Virus record (IMG/VR): IMGVR_UViG_3300045988_087149
Location: 33,102-97,101 of that record
DNA length: 64,000 nucleotides
Direction: 5' to 3' (one strand)
Origin: a virus
This document shows, piece after piece, positions 9,599-18,493 of the stretch. Under the pieces are notes generated by a model. It saw only the letters and a list, made by a program, of their open reading frames with translations, ran no database searches and was not told the origin of the DNA. How positions within the stretch are numbered: the stretch's first letter is position 1; every line of letters starts with the position of its first letter. The position numbers were made by a program, and so were the translations under genes.

Positions 9599-9996
9599 TC
9601 TTTCTCTCCTCCAATCTTAAATGGCCTGCCTTTCTTAGCTCTAAGATAACCAGAGCGATATGCTAGAGCAATGGCTTTAATTACCTCGTTCTCTCGATAA
9701 CATCTTACTTTCTCCATACCATCAAATCCCATAATAACGGGCAAATTGAATTTGATACAACCATTAAATACAGAATTATCCAGTTTTGGTTTGAGCATGG
9801 TATAGATTTCATCATCTGAAACATCTGGAAGTTCTTGATATAACGCCAAGCTAACAAGACTAACGACAAAACCACTATCATAATTTGGTGGAATTTTAAC
9901 AAAAGCGCTATTATGTCCGATTGATGCAATACACCCAAAATATACATTTGGCGTATCAACAGGTGCTACTTTATCTCCTACTTTGAATTTACTCAT
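9595..9996 (-). CDS. Hypothetical protein (133 aa)
   Basis: ORF track. AGGAGG upstream; first gene after the promoter at 10030-10058. Confidence 0.5.
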   Translation of the reverse strand: MSKFKVGDKVAPVDTPNVYFGCIASIGHNSAFVKIPPNYDSGFVVSLVSLALYQELPDVSDDEIYTMLKPKLDNSVFNGCIKFNLPVIMGFDGMEKVRCYRENEVIKAIALAYRSGYLRAKKGRPFKIGGEKE

Positions 9997-10029
9997 AATA
10001 AAATCAACCTCCTTATTGTTGATATAGCA

Positions 10030-10058
10030 ATTATATCATAAAGAGGTTGATTTGTCAA
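10030..10058 (-). promoter_or_regulatory. Sigma70-type promoter, TTGACA-17-TATAAT with TG extended -10
   Basis: Reverse complement reads cTTGACAaatcaacctctttatgaTATAAT. Confidence 0.65.
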
Positions 10059-10067
10059 GTATTAAAT

Positions 10068-10382
10068 TTATCTGAATGTCGTGCCATCCCAAGGATTATA
10101 TTCATAACCGCAATGAGGGCAATAATTAGCTTCAACTAATTCATAATGCCAACCACATCTAGCACATGCCCCATACCATGAACCATCTGTATTGCGTTGG
10201 TGCTTCCATTTTAGCTTTGACTCATATAACGGCTTATATGCACTGCATAATTCTCTTCCTTTATCACTACATGCGAATGGTTCTTTTACAGCCCAACATT
10301 CATTGACTGTTATATCTCGCATTTCACCACTTGCCCATCGTCTATATATAACCTCATGTGCATACTTACATGGTGTTCTCAT
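10068..10382 (-). CDS. Cys-rich hypothetical protein (104 aa)
   Basis: ORF track. CARCGWHY ... CPHCGYEY. 4-nt overlap with the primase stop. Confidence 0.5.
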   Translation of the reverse strand: MRTPCKYAHEVIYRRWASGEMRDITVNECWAVKEPFACSDKGRELCSAYKPLYESKLKWKHQRNTDGSWYGACARCGWHYELVEANYCPHCGYEYNPWDGTTFR

Positions 10383-11431
10383 ACTCTCACCCTACTTTCC
10401 CACAATTTCATTGCTTGTTCATATGGTATATCCATCATATTGAATTTATACATATCATAGCCTTGATTGTTATATACTATAGAATAGTTGAAAAAGGGCT
10501 TTAATTTAGCTGCCAACTTCTTCATCTTGACAACAAAGAACTTAAATTCATCATCACCGACTTGCTTATAATCGTTATCCATACACAATACGACATCATT
10601 CACGCCTAACTCTAATAATAGCTGTATATGCTGTCTACTGATGTTAGAGCCAAAGACGGCTAGAGCATTATCTATACCATATTGGGGTGACTTGAGTACG
10701 CTTTTTTCTGATTCAAATAGCACTACTTGACGCGACTTTTCAATAGCGGCTTTATTTTGGTCATAGCCATACATGACTTGTGATGTTGCCAGCTTTAGCA
10801 CTGTCCCATCTAGCGTACATATTGGTCTATACTTGCCCTTGGCCACATCCTGTTCTCTTGTATATCGCCCCCTTACGCCTACTAGCTGTCCATTAAATAG
10901 GACAGGTATGGAAATACACGCTTGCCGTGCATACCAACCTATACCAAATTCATCAAGTATATCCGCTGAAATACCATAATCCAGCCATTCTTGCGGATAT
11001 AAATGGTCAAATAGGGATAATATGGACTTATCATATGTCAAGAGCTTATCTGGCTCTGGCTCGGCATTAGGTAGAAATCGGCGCAATTCAGCCCAATTAT
11101 CAAGTTGCTCATTCTGCTCTATTTGTCCTACTTGTAGATGCAGGACTGAGCAGATATATGACACAGCTTGATTGAAGTCAAGATGCTTGACGTGCTGAAC
11201 TAGAGATATGGCATCGCCTGAAAAGCTGCAACTCCAACAATGGAATGAACCAGATTCTATATAATACCACAATTTGGGCTTATGTTTATCCCAATCAGCA
11301 CCCCAATGACAAATTGAGCCAAATATCAAATTGTTGCTATCAGCCTTCATCAATGGCGCACCTAGAGCATTCATTAACTCTATAATGCGGTCATCGGTTA
11401 GCTGAGATTTGAGAGATGTGATGTCAATCAT
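10379..11431 (-). CDS. DnaG-like DNA primase (350 aa from the ATG at 11431)
   Basis: CHC2-type zinc finger (SICHWG ... FHCWSCSFSGD) and TOPRIM (VVLFESEKSVLK ... VLCMDNDY). I place the start at MIDITSLK because that ATG forms an ATGA overlap with the upstream small ORF. The track start at 11497 lies inside that ORF. Confidence 0.8.
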   Translation of the reverse strand: MIDITSLKSQLTDDRIIELMNALGAPLMKADSNNLIFGSICHWGADWDKHKPKLWYYIESGSFHCWSCSFSGDAISLVQHVKHLDFNQAVSYICSVLHLQVGQIEQNEQLDNWAELRRFLPNAEPEPDKLLTYDKSILSLFDHLYPQEWLDYGISADILDEFGIGWYARQACISIPVLFNGQLVGVRGRYTREQDVAKGKYRPICTLDGTVLKLATSQVMYGYDQNKAAIEKSRQVVLFESEKSVLKSPQYGIDNALAVFGSNISRQHIQLLLELGVNDVVLCMDNDYKQVGDDEFKFFVVKMKKLAAKLKPFFNYSIVYNNQGYDMYKFNMMDIPYEQAMKLWESRVRV

Positions 11432-11601
11432 AAGACAAAAATCAATATCGCGCCGGACATCAAAGTAAACGCCAATAAGCCACAACCAATGCCACATATG
11501 AGCAAATCGCTATATTTGTGAGTTCGCTTATATTCATTTCCTCCAAAAAGAATAGCTAAAAACGATACGCATAACGCCATTCCATAAATCACCCATGTCA
11601 T
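11428..11601 (-). CDS. Small two-helix membrane protein (57 aa)
   Basis: Below the track cutoff. MTWVIYGMALCVSFLAILFGGNEYKRTHKYSDLLICGIGCGLLAFTLMSGAILIFVL. ATGA overlaps with the helicase stop and with the primase start. Confidence 0.45.
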   Translation of the reverse strand: MTWVIYGMALCVSFLAILFGGNEYKRTHKYSDLLICGIGCGLLAFTLMSGAILIFVL

Positions 11602-13070
11602 TTAGCATACACCAACCTTGTCTTAGTTAATTGATAGGGGTTATCAAATTTTGTGGTTACAAAACAATCCTTTGTTCGACCTGTATTTAAATCAAGATTA
11701 AAATAAACCTTAATACCTTGCTCAACCTGCGAAAAGCGCATTTTATAGAGGTGTAGCACGCGATTTGGCTTTACCTTATCAGGATATTTTTCCATCATCA
11801 TATCAGCTATTTCTTGCTCTTTACGGCGCAACGGCATAATTACGCCAGCTACATCGGCCTTGTTCTGAATCGCTCTTGAGCCAGCTGCAACGCCGCTATC
11901 CATAATTTCCTGTGTCGTAGCATTAGCATTGACCTGAGTAAATGTCAAGACGGCTATATTATATTCAACAGCTAAATCCTTGAGCTTACTTGCTATACCA
12001 GATAGCACCTGATCTGAGCGAGTAGATACGCCATTCTTTTTAGCTAAATCGCTTGATACAGATGAGGATTCAACGATATAATCATAACAGAGATAGCCTA
12101 CTTGCTTATTGACCACATAATCTTTTACATATGATTCAATTAAATCAACAGTATAATTAGGCATAGTGACGATATATAGTTTGGATTCATGCAGGATTTT
12201 AATAGCCTCATCTACACGTTCTTCTTCGCCTTCTTCATACCGCCCATTCAAGATACTAAAGCATGGTACGCCGCTAATTGTAGCCACAATCTTAGGCGTG
12301 ATTTCAGTATCACCAGCCATCTCAAATTGGAGATATAAGCCAGCCTTATGCTGATAACATGGATTATCTATATATTGCTCCTTATCTACATCATAGATTC
12401 TAGGACAACATACTTGCACAAGATTAGCCAAGCCAATAGTTGATTTGCCTACACCCGAACCAACTGAATAGATGGATAGTTGCCCCGGAATCCAGCCTCT
12501 AGCCGCTGTGTTTAGATATTCACTAAAGGTCGTTGCGCCAAATAGCGGCTCTGCCTTGAAGCCCTCCTTAACTGCCTCAAATCCATCACCAGCTTTTAGC
12601 TCATCTATATCCTTGTCTTTATAGAATTGCTTCTTTATAGCTATCTGCTGTGCGTCAAAATATTGTACTATATCCTCTATAGTTGCTTTATCATCTTGCT
12701 CAAATTTGTCTACATTGTAGCCAGCATTTTTATATGAACGGAGTAAGGTGGCGCGGCGCGTGTTGTTGTAATAGACCTCAAAATTTCCTACAGTAGCAAG
12801 CTGCTTGACTGTATCAATAAAATCGTCTAGCTGATTTAGCTTGAATATATCCTCTACTTGCTTATTGTTCTTACATAGCATATATAGGTCTAGCGCCGAT
12901 ATGGATTCAGCTCCACGTTTAGCCAGAGCAACACAGCCCTGCCACAATCTGAGGTGAAAATCAACCGTGAAATCGTCACGGCTTAGAGGGTACTTGTCAG
13001 AAATAGCAAGAGAGGGTTTGATTAGCAAACAGCCTAATAGCAACCTAACAGAATTTTGGTCATAGAGCAA
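11598..13070 (-). CDS. DnaB-like replicative DNA helicase (490 aa)
   Basis: DnaB-type N-terminal domain (LLGCLLIKPSL) and RecA-like core with Walker A SVGSGVGKSTIGL. Sits next to the primase. Confidence 0.85.
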   Translation of the reverse strand: MLYDQNSVRLLLGCLLIKPSLAISDKYPLSRDDFTVDFHLRLWQGCVALAKRGAESISALDLYMLCKNNKQVEDIFKLNQLDDFIDTVKQLATVGNFEVYYNNTRRATLLRSYKNAGYNVDKFEQDDKATIEDIVQYFDAQQIAIKKQFYKDKDIDELKAGDGFEAVKEGFKAEPLFGATTFSEYLNTAARGWIPGQLSIYSVGSGVGKSTIGLANLVQVCCPRIYDVDKEQYIDNPCYQHKAGLYLQFEMAGDTEITPKIVATISGVPCFSILNGRYEEGEEERVDEAIKILHESKLYIVTMPNYTVDLIESYVKDYVVNKQVGYLCYDYIVESSSVSSDLAKKNGVSTRSDQVLSGIASKLKDLAVEYNIAVLTFTQVNANATTQEIMDSGVAAGSRAIQNKADVAGVIMPLRRKEQEIADMMMEKYPDKVKPNRVLHLYKMRFSQVEQGIKVYFNLDLNTGRTKDCFVTTKFDNPYQLTKTRLVYAK

Positions 13071-13073
13071 TGG

Positions 13074-13439
13074 TTATTCCTCCGCTATACCCTTAATTTC
13101 TTTTACCTTTTCAATATATTCTTTGAAGCTAAACCATTTGTCTTTTATTAGATGACCAATTTTATCAATCGTGTTATGCTCATCTACATGAACTCGCACA
13201 TATTTATCCTTTAGGGCTTCCCATTTATCAACCTCAAGCGTTTTCATCAGCTCAATGATAGCACCATATCCATCGGATGAGCCATAATGTCCAGCTTCAT
13301 TACACCAATGGTCGAGACAATAGCCACCAATACCACCACCCCAACCAGCACCTTCAACATAGACATAAGCCGTTAGACAACCATGATCTTCGCCCAGCTT
13401 AGTTTCTGTAATTTTAGCGTTCAGTGTTTCATTTCGCAT
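13074..13439 (-). CDS. Hypothetical protein (121 aa)
   Basis: ORF track. AGGAGGAA upstream. Confidence 0.5.
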   Translation of the reverse strand: MRNETLNAKITETKLGEDHGCLTAYVYVEGAGWGGGIGGYCLDHWCNEAGHYGSSDGYGAIIELMKTLEVDKWEALKDKYVRVHVDEHNTIDKIGHLIKDKWFSFKEYIEKVKEIKGIAEE

Positions 13440-13445
13440 ACTACA

Positions 13446-13550
13446 TTATTCCTCCTTGCTCGATTCATCTAATTCACAAAATGTACCTTGCCAATGCGGA
13501 CAGTCTGTATCGGGAGCGGTGCATTTAGCGCCATCTTTATATGGGTACAT
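13446..13550 (-). CDS. Possible mini-protein (34 aa)
   Basis: Below the track cutoff. MYPYKDGAKCTAPDTDCPHWQGTFCELDESSKEE. TAATG overlap with the upstream stop. Confidence 0.3.
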   Translation of the reverse strand: MYPYKDGAKCTAPDTDCPHWQGTFCELDESSKEE

Positions 13551-13813
13551 TACGCATCCTCCCAATCTAACAATTGTCCACAACTTCCGCAATGCGGATA
13601 ATATTTAGTAATTCCATGATGACAAATTGGACAACGATGCCAATATAACATTTTATTACTAATAAGTGTTGGTTCTGGATTCATTGGAATCTGCTTCTCT
13701 AGTGCTCTAACAATAGTGCCCATATATGGCTCAATGTCGCTCGTATCAAGCATACCACTAGTTAGAGCATCAAAAGCCTCGTCGTATTCATTGACATATT
13801 GTTTCATCATCAA
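13550..13813 (-). CDS. Small zinc-ribbon protein (87 aa)
   Basis: ORF track. CPICHHG ... CGSCG. Confidence 0.5.
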   Translation of the reverse strand: MMMKQYVNEYDEAFDALTSGMLDTSDIEPYMGTIVRALEKQIPMNPEPTLISNKMLYWHRCPICHHGITKYYPHCGSCGQLLDWEDA

Positions 13814-14031
13814 TCCTCCGGCAATTCAATATATGTCCAACGGTCAGCCACATCAATAAAGCAACAATCATAATCATTTGCTCCATAAATCCATTTATCA
13901 CCACGTTTATAGCACAGCATTGTTGCTTCTTCATTGTATTGACATTCCATATTCCAATACGCTACAAGTACACGCTTAAATTCTTGTGGAAAATCGTCAT
14001 CAAATATTTTATGCCATTGTATCATCATCAA
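13810..14031 (-). CDS. Hypothetical protein, DUF551-like (73 aa)
   Basis: ORF track. IQWHKIFDDDFPQEFKRVLVAYW ... WTYIELP pattern (weak, from memory). Confidence 0.45.
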   Translation of the reverse strand: MMMIQWHKIFDDDFPQEFKRVLVAYWNMECQYNEEATMLCYKRGDKWIYGANDYDCCFIDVADRWTYIELPED

Positions 14032-14269
14032 TTACCTTTACAACCATATTATCTTCATGTGCTCTAAAACAATGGAAATCAGGGCAACGACCACAGCTTT
14101 CAGCAATATCTTGATGCCGTTCATCCTTATGTAATCCACACCCAACTGGGCCGCCACCAACAATATCTCCTTCTTTATCAAAGAAAAAATCATGGTGAAC
14201 ATAGATGCAGAAATCACAGCAAGCCAATCTCAAACATTCTTCAGAACATCCAATCATTTTATGTTTCAT
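14009..14269 (-). CDS. Cys-rich hypothetical protein (86 aa)
   Basis: ORF track. 12 Cys residues. Overlaps neighbours at both ends. Confidence 0.45.
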   Translation of the reverse strand: MKHKMIGCSEECLRLACCDFCIYVHHDFFFDKEGDIVGGGPVGCGLHKDERHQDIAESCGRCPDFHCFRAHEDNMVVKVIDDDTMA

Positions 14270-14796
14270 CCAATCAAATCCTCCTTCTTGTTAATCCTCT
14301 CAAATACTAACTGAGATGGCAACATTTTGTGGCAGAGATAGCCACTTTGGAATGGTACTGAACTGCTTGAACAATCCGGTCTAATGTAAGATACTCTAGG
14401 ACTTAACCACATCATTTCACAACCATATTTCTCAAACATATCAAATCGTGCCTTATTATCAAAAATACCCTGAAAATTTATAAGCATAGCAAATGATTTT
14501 CCAAGCTCATACAGTCTTTGAAATACCTCTGTTTTTAGAGAATATGGAGGATTAGAGATGATATACTCTGTACCAAATGGTGGTTCGCTCTCAAAGAAAT
14601 CTAACCCCATTGAAATGTGGGAATGTACAACATTGTGTCCAGCTTTATTTAGCACCTGAACGAACTGGCTCTCAGCCGTATCAAATGGACACCAGATATT
14701 GCTATGTGGAGGCAGATATTTAAGAAGTGGTTTAACCGCATATGCCGGTGTGTAATATTCATCATTTTTATTAAATTTATATTGAATCTGTGACAT
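14266..14796 (-). CDS. DNA N6-adenine (or N4-cytosine) methyltransferase, NPPY class (176 aa)
   Basis: Catalytic motif IISNPPYSLK. Upstream WCPFDTAES is a degenerate SAM-binding block. Confidence 0.7.
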   Translation of the reverse strand: MSQIQYKFNKNDEYYTPAYAVKPLLKYLPPHSNIWCPFDTAESQFVQVLNKAGHNVVHSHISMGLDFFESEPPFGTEYIISNPPYSLKTEVFQRLYELGKSFAMLINFQGIFDNKARFDMFEKYGCEMMWLSPRVSYIRPDCSSSSVPFQSGYLCHKMLPSQLVFERINKKEDLIG

Positions 14797-15278
14797 TACC
14801 TAAACACATCCTCCTCATCATTCTTTTTAACAATCGTCTCAACCCCATCTTCAGCTTGCCATTGCTGTATATTCTGTTTTACCTGATTTAGCCAAGTATA
14901 ATATTTTTTACATTCATCATATTTATACTTGATCAGTCCAAGTGGCGATTGAGACACATCCTTTCCAAGCTCTTTATAGATATATCTGATAGTATAAGCA
15001 ATACCACCATATGTCATATCAGGATTATCTTTCATCAACTGAGAAAGCTGGATGCCTACAAGCCGCATATTAGCATCAGGCGCAATTTGGCGTATATAAT
15101 CCAGCAATTTGCGCCTATCATCTTTTAATTCTGCTTTGGGCTTGACAGTGTGAGCATTGATATAATCCTGTTTGCATTGCTCACAACAGAAATAGAATTT
15201 AGGCTTATATTCGATTGCATCTTGCTTTGGCGTTGATTTGCCGCATTGGCGACATTTAATTGTTTTTTCTTTCGTCAT
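14796..15278 (-). CDS. Hypothetical protein with N-terminal zinc finger (160 aa)
   Basis: ORF track. CRQCGKS ... CCEQC. Confidence 0.5.
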   Translation of the reverse strand: MTKEKTIKCRQCGKSTPKQDAIEYKPKFYFCCEQCKQDYINAHTVKPKAELKDDRRKLLDYIRQIAPDANMRLVGIQLSQLMKDNPDMTYGGIAYTIRYIYKELGKDVSQSPLGLIKYKYDECKKYYTWLNQVKQNIQQWQAEDGVETIVKKNDEEDVFR

Positions 15279-15604
15279 CTAGAAAATGCCATCTGACGCA
15301 TATAGCTATAAGGCAACATATATTCACCATGAGTAGGTATCCAATTAAGCCACGCTTCAATATCATCGCCCTTAACATTATAGTAGCCATCATCAAACAG
15401 CATACATCGAGTGCAGCTTGCGTCAAACATAATACTGGTATCATCTGTAAAATTGATATAGCCAGTTTCATCACCAGAGCAAATCCTTACATCAATAGAT
15501 TCAATTTGTTTATCATCTGGAATCTTGATTTCTTTGACTTTATCGTCATAGTCATAGATTTTTACTTTCACTGTGCTCCTCCTGTTCATGATATTTAATT
15601 GCAT
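15275..15604 (-). CDS. Hypothetical protein (109 aa)
   Basis: ORF track. 4-nt overlap with the downstream gene. Confidence 0.5.
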   Translation of the reverse strand: MQLNIMNRRSTVKVKIYDYDDKVKEIKIPDDKQIESIDVRICSGDETGYINFTDDTSIMFDASCTRCMLFDDGYYNVKGDDIEAWLNWIPTHGEYMLPYSYMRQMAFSR

Positions 15605-15609
15605 GTGAC

Positions 15610-16035
15610 TTAGGCATTAGCTTTACCTACAGCCTTAAAATCAACGACTTCACCATCAATCATCTTGTGATAGTATAGCTTATCGCAATAAGAGATGAGC
15701 CGAATACGGATTGCGTTGCGCTGACCAAATTCAGTAGCAGTCTTGCCAAATGCATCGTCTGTAATTACCCAACCATATCTCAGAACATTTCCAGAATTTG
15801 CTTCAGGCATAAGTTCCACATCTGTCTTAAAGCACCACCACATATCATCGCTGGACGTTGTACCGTGCGGCCACTGTACACAGATTTCGCCACCTTCGAC
15901 TTCAAGTACAATACCAAACGTGCCAACAACAGGGTAATAGTAGGGTGCCATTTTATGCGATACATCGCTAGTAAATTTTACATATCTATTAGTCCACACT
16001 TCATTGTTCAACATTGTTTTATTCTCCTTGCTCAC
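15610..16035 (-). CDS. Hypothetical protein (141 aa)
   Basis: ORF track. Same-strand packing. Confidence 0.5.
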   Translation of the reverse strand: MSKENKTMLNNEVWTNRYVKFTSDVSHKMAPYYYPVVGTFGIVLEVEGGEICVQWPHGTTSSDDMWWCFKTDVELMPEANSGNVLRYGWVITDDAFGKTATEFGQRNAIRIRLISYCDKLYYHKMIDGEVVDFKAVGKANA

Positions 16036-16062
16036 AGCAGAAATAGAATTTAGACTTATGTT

Positions 16063-16269
16063 TTACCAAATATAGTCACAAAGAATCTTAACACCAGTTT
16101 CGTAGTCAGACTTGCTCATTGGCATCCAAGCAACATACCATTTTCCATCATTAAAGAATAAGTCCGTCTTAAGTCTAGCTTCAATCATTTCCTTGCGACA
16201 CAACTCAGCAATATCCTTGAATTGAAAAGCAGTATTGATCCATTTCATTTTATTGTCCTCCTGTTTCAT
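16063..16269 (-). CDS. Hypothetical protein (68 aa)
   Basis: ORF track. AGGAGGA upstream; first gene after the promoter at 16281-16309. Confidence 0.5.
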   Translation of the reverse strand: MKQEDNKMKWINTAFQFKDIAELCRKEMIEARLKTDLFFNDGKWYVAWMPMSKSDYETGVKILCDYIW

Positions 16270-16280
16270 TTGTTGGCTTA

Positions 16281-16309
16281 ATTATAGCATATAAATAGGA
16301 GGTTGTCAA
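16281..16309 (-). promoter_or_regulatory. Sigma70-type promoter, TTGACA-17-TATAAT
   Basis: Reverse complement reads cTTGACAacctcctatttatatgcTATAAT. Confidence 0.65.
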
Positions 16310-16317
16310 GAGGAAAT

Positions 16318-17010
16318 TTACAGGTTTTCAATATAACTGCCCCATTGATCTGCCATAGCTTGTGCGATGCCCTCAAATGTCTTGCTTCGATTCTTTGCTC
16401 TATTTGTAGTAAACATACCTCTATGCTTTTCATTATGCTTATGACTATAGCTACCAGATGGACACCAAGTGGCGATTGGGCTTACAGGGTTTACAGGTTG
16501 CAACATCGGGACATTCTTTTCCCATAAACAAGTTCTTTTACTGTATGGATGCCACTCTCCATAATATTCATATGGTTGAATGGTTTGAGTATAGGATGGC
16601 AATTCATATACCTTAGATGGAATTGGGTTTTCAACAACAATATGTTCACACTTGGCATTGATAAACTGCATAAAGAACTCCTTTGCCTCAAGTCCTTTGC
16701 TATATCGCTCTTGATTTAGCACATGATTTTTCCATAGATGACGAGCACCAGCATTACTTAGATAAGTGCAAGGCGGATGACAAATCAGTAAATCCCATTC
16801 TCCCTTAATAATATGATGTTCACCATCAACTGTATCAAATTCACAGTCGCCATTGATTAAAGGTAGCACATCTTATTGAATATGCCACTCAGGATGACCA
16901 CCAGAGCAAGGCTCAATATCACAACTATATGCCTCCCAGCCACGCTCACGAAAAGCAGTACAAACACGCTGAGATTCTTCACAACAAATAAGTAACTTAA
17001 ATTTCTTCAT
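16318..17010 (-). pseudogene. DNA (cytosine-5)-methyltransferase-like gene interrupted by an in-frame TAA at 16873-16875
   Basis: Track ORF 16318..16869 (GTG start) has LLICHPPCTYLSNAG (PC motif IV), VVENPIPS (ENV motif VI) and a C-terminal TFEGIAQAMADQW. The same frame upstream of the TAA encodes MKKFKLLICCEESQRVCTAFRERGWEAYSCDIEPCSGGHPEWHIQ from an ATG at 17010. This matches the N-terminus of the ACEFSG-type small phage C5-MTases as I remember them. Confidence 0.55.
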
Positions 17011-17632
17011 TCACTATACTCCATTCTAACACCCACTTATCAATTTCTTCTTGGCTCATAGCCACATCTGTTCTCTTGCAATCAACCACCCTAAGACCGC
17101 TAGGATGCGTTATGACCCGATTTTGCTCTATGCTATATCCTGCATCATATTCAAGCCGCAATCGGCATATACAGCCATCACAGCCGTCAGAACGCTTGAT
17201 ATTAAATACTCTAGGCGAATCGCCGCATATATTCAAGAATTGGCTCGAATCCAGCCATTGCCCATCCATTTCTATATTCATGCTATCAGCCGCATTATCT
17301 TCAACTATGCGGCAATATTGTACGTTATAATACAATGATTTTTTCCATTCGTTGATATTGCCTGATACCAATAACATAGTAGGCGTATCAGATTTTTTCA
17401 TTGTATAATAATGTTTGTTTTTGACATATATATAGCTATCTATTCGTGGATGGATATATTGCGCCATATTGAGCCATGATTTGATTTGCTCCTCATTCCA
17501 TTTGCGGCTTAATGTTTGGCTCATGGTGAGGCATTGATTATTGGCGATGACACTGAATCTGGCTTTCATATGGGTCTGATATAAGTCAATTCGCAGCTCT
17601 TGTAGTTGAGCTACACATAGAAATCTATTCAA
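16997..17632 (-). CDS. Hypothetical protein (211 aa)
   Basis: ORF track. First gene after the promoter at 17652-17680. Confidence 0.5.
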   Translation of the reverse strand: MNRFLCVAQLQELRIDLYQTHMKARFSVIANNQCLTMSQTLSRKWNEEQIKSWLNMAQYIHPRIDSYIYVKNKHYYTMKKSDTPTMLLVSGNINEWKKSLYYNVQYCRIVEDNAADSMNIEMDGQWLDSSQFLNICGDSPRVFNIKRSDGCDGCICRLRLEYDAGYSIEQNRVITHPSGLRVVDCKRTDVAMSQEEIDKWVLEWSIVNEEI

Positions 17633-17651
17633 GCATCATCACCTCACATCT

Positions 17652-17680
17652 ATTATATAATAAAAAGGCGGGATTGTCAA
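17652..17680 (-). promoter_or_regulatory. Sigma70-type promoter, TTGACA-17-TATAAT, embedded in a terminator hairpin
   Basis: Reverse complement reads cTTGACAatcccgcctttttattaTATAAT. Confidence 0.6.
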
Positions 17681-17691
17681 GCCCCGCCTTT
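17655..17691 (-). terminator. Rho-independent terminator
   Basis: Minus-strand RNA reads AAAGGCGGG-gcuugacaau-CCCGCCUUU followed by UUAUUAUAU. Confidence 0.6.
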
Positions 17692-17698
17692 AATATTT

Positions 17699-17854
17699 TT
17701 AAGTCTCTTCGCCATCGCTTACTTCAATAGAAGTATAGCCTTCTCTGGCTAATTCCATGCCAAGCCGAATTGCGTCTAAATAATCATCGACATTAAACAA
17801 GTCACGATCAATCGTTGCATCCTCAATAAGATTGACGTGTAGAATTTTATCCAT
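17699..17854 (-). CDS. Small acidic hypothetical protein (51 aa)
   Basis: Below the track cutoff. MDKILHVNLIEDATIDRDLFNVDDYLDAIRLGMELAREGYTSIEVSDGEET. GAGG upstream. Confidence 0.4.
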   Translation of the reverse strand: MDKILHVNLIEDATIDRDLFNVDDYLDAIRLGMELAREGYTSIEVSDGEET

Positions 17855-17862
17855 AATTAACC

Positions 17863-18483
17863 TCAACCAAATGGATTCTCGTCAGAATCATCCCAAGGAT
17901 TTTCTGATTCAGCAGGAGTCGATGTATCAGTAGGAGTAGTATTGAACACATCGCCAAAATCAGGAATTGGGTCATTAGCAGGAGCAGTTGTAGTCTTGGT
18001 GGTGGTTAGCTCCTTGAGCGCGGGAATTTCATATTCGCCCTTTTCAATAGTTTCAACAGAGCGAACAGCCGCGACATAGTTACGGACACGAACCTGACCC
18101 TTCTGATTCTGATACTGCTCATCTGCAATGATTAGACCAACGACCTTATTAACAAGCGTCTTTTCGTCAAAATCCCACTTATAGCCCTTATTGGACTTCT
18201 CAACTGCGTTTGTAAAGCCCTTGAACATAGATGCTGCAGAATCCTTATAAGAACGGATGAATGTACCAGCATTGGGCCACTTGCGTTCCTTACGTGTATC
18301 ACCGTCATACTGCTTCTTGAAATAGCCCTTATCGTCGCCCTTTACGATGTCAAAATAAATCTTTAGATATTCTTTCTCAGGATGATCTTCTACCTTGAGA
18401 ATCTTAGCAATATAGCCATTTGGCGTTAGACGCTTAAAAGATGTGCTTTCAACGATAGAGTCCCAATTTTCAATTCTTTTCAA
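17863..18483 (-). CDS. DUF669-like putative single-stranded DNA-binding protein (206 aa)
   Basis: Acidic SSB-like tail PWDDSDENPFG. Sits beside a Sak4/AAA_24-type ATPase, which is the usual DUF669 context (family assignment from memory). Confidence 0.55.
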   Translation of the reverse strand: MKRIENWDSIVESTSFKRLTPNGYIAKILKVEDHPEKEYLKIYFDIVKGDDKGYFKKQYDGDTRKERKWPNAGTFIRSYKDSAASMFKGFTNAVEKSNKGYKWDFDEKTLVNKVVGLIIADEQYQNQKGQVRVRNYVAAVRSVETIEKGEYEIPALKELTTTKTTTAPANDPIPDFGDVFNTTPTDTSTPAESENPWDDSDENPFG

Positions 18484-18493
18484 TTTGATTACC

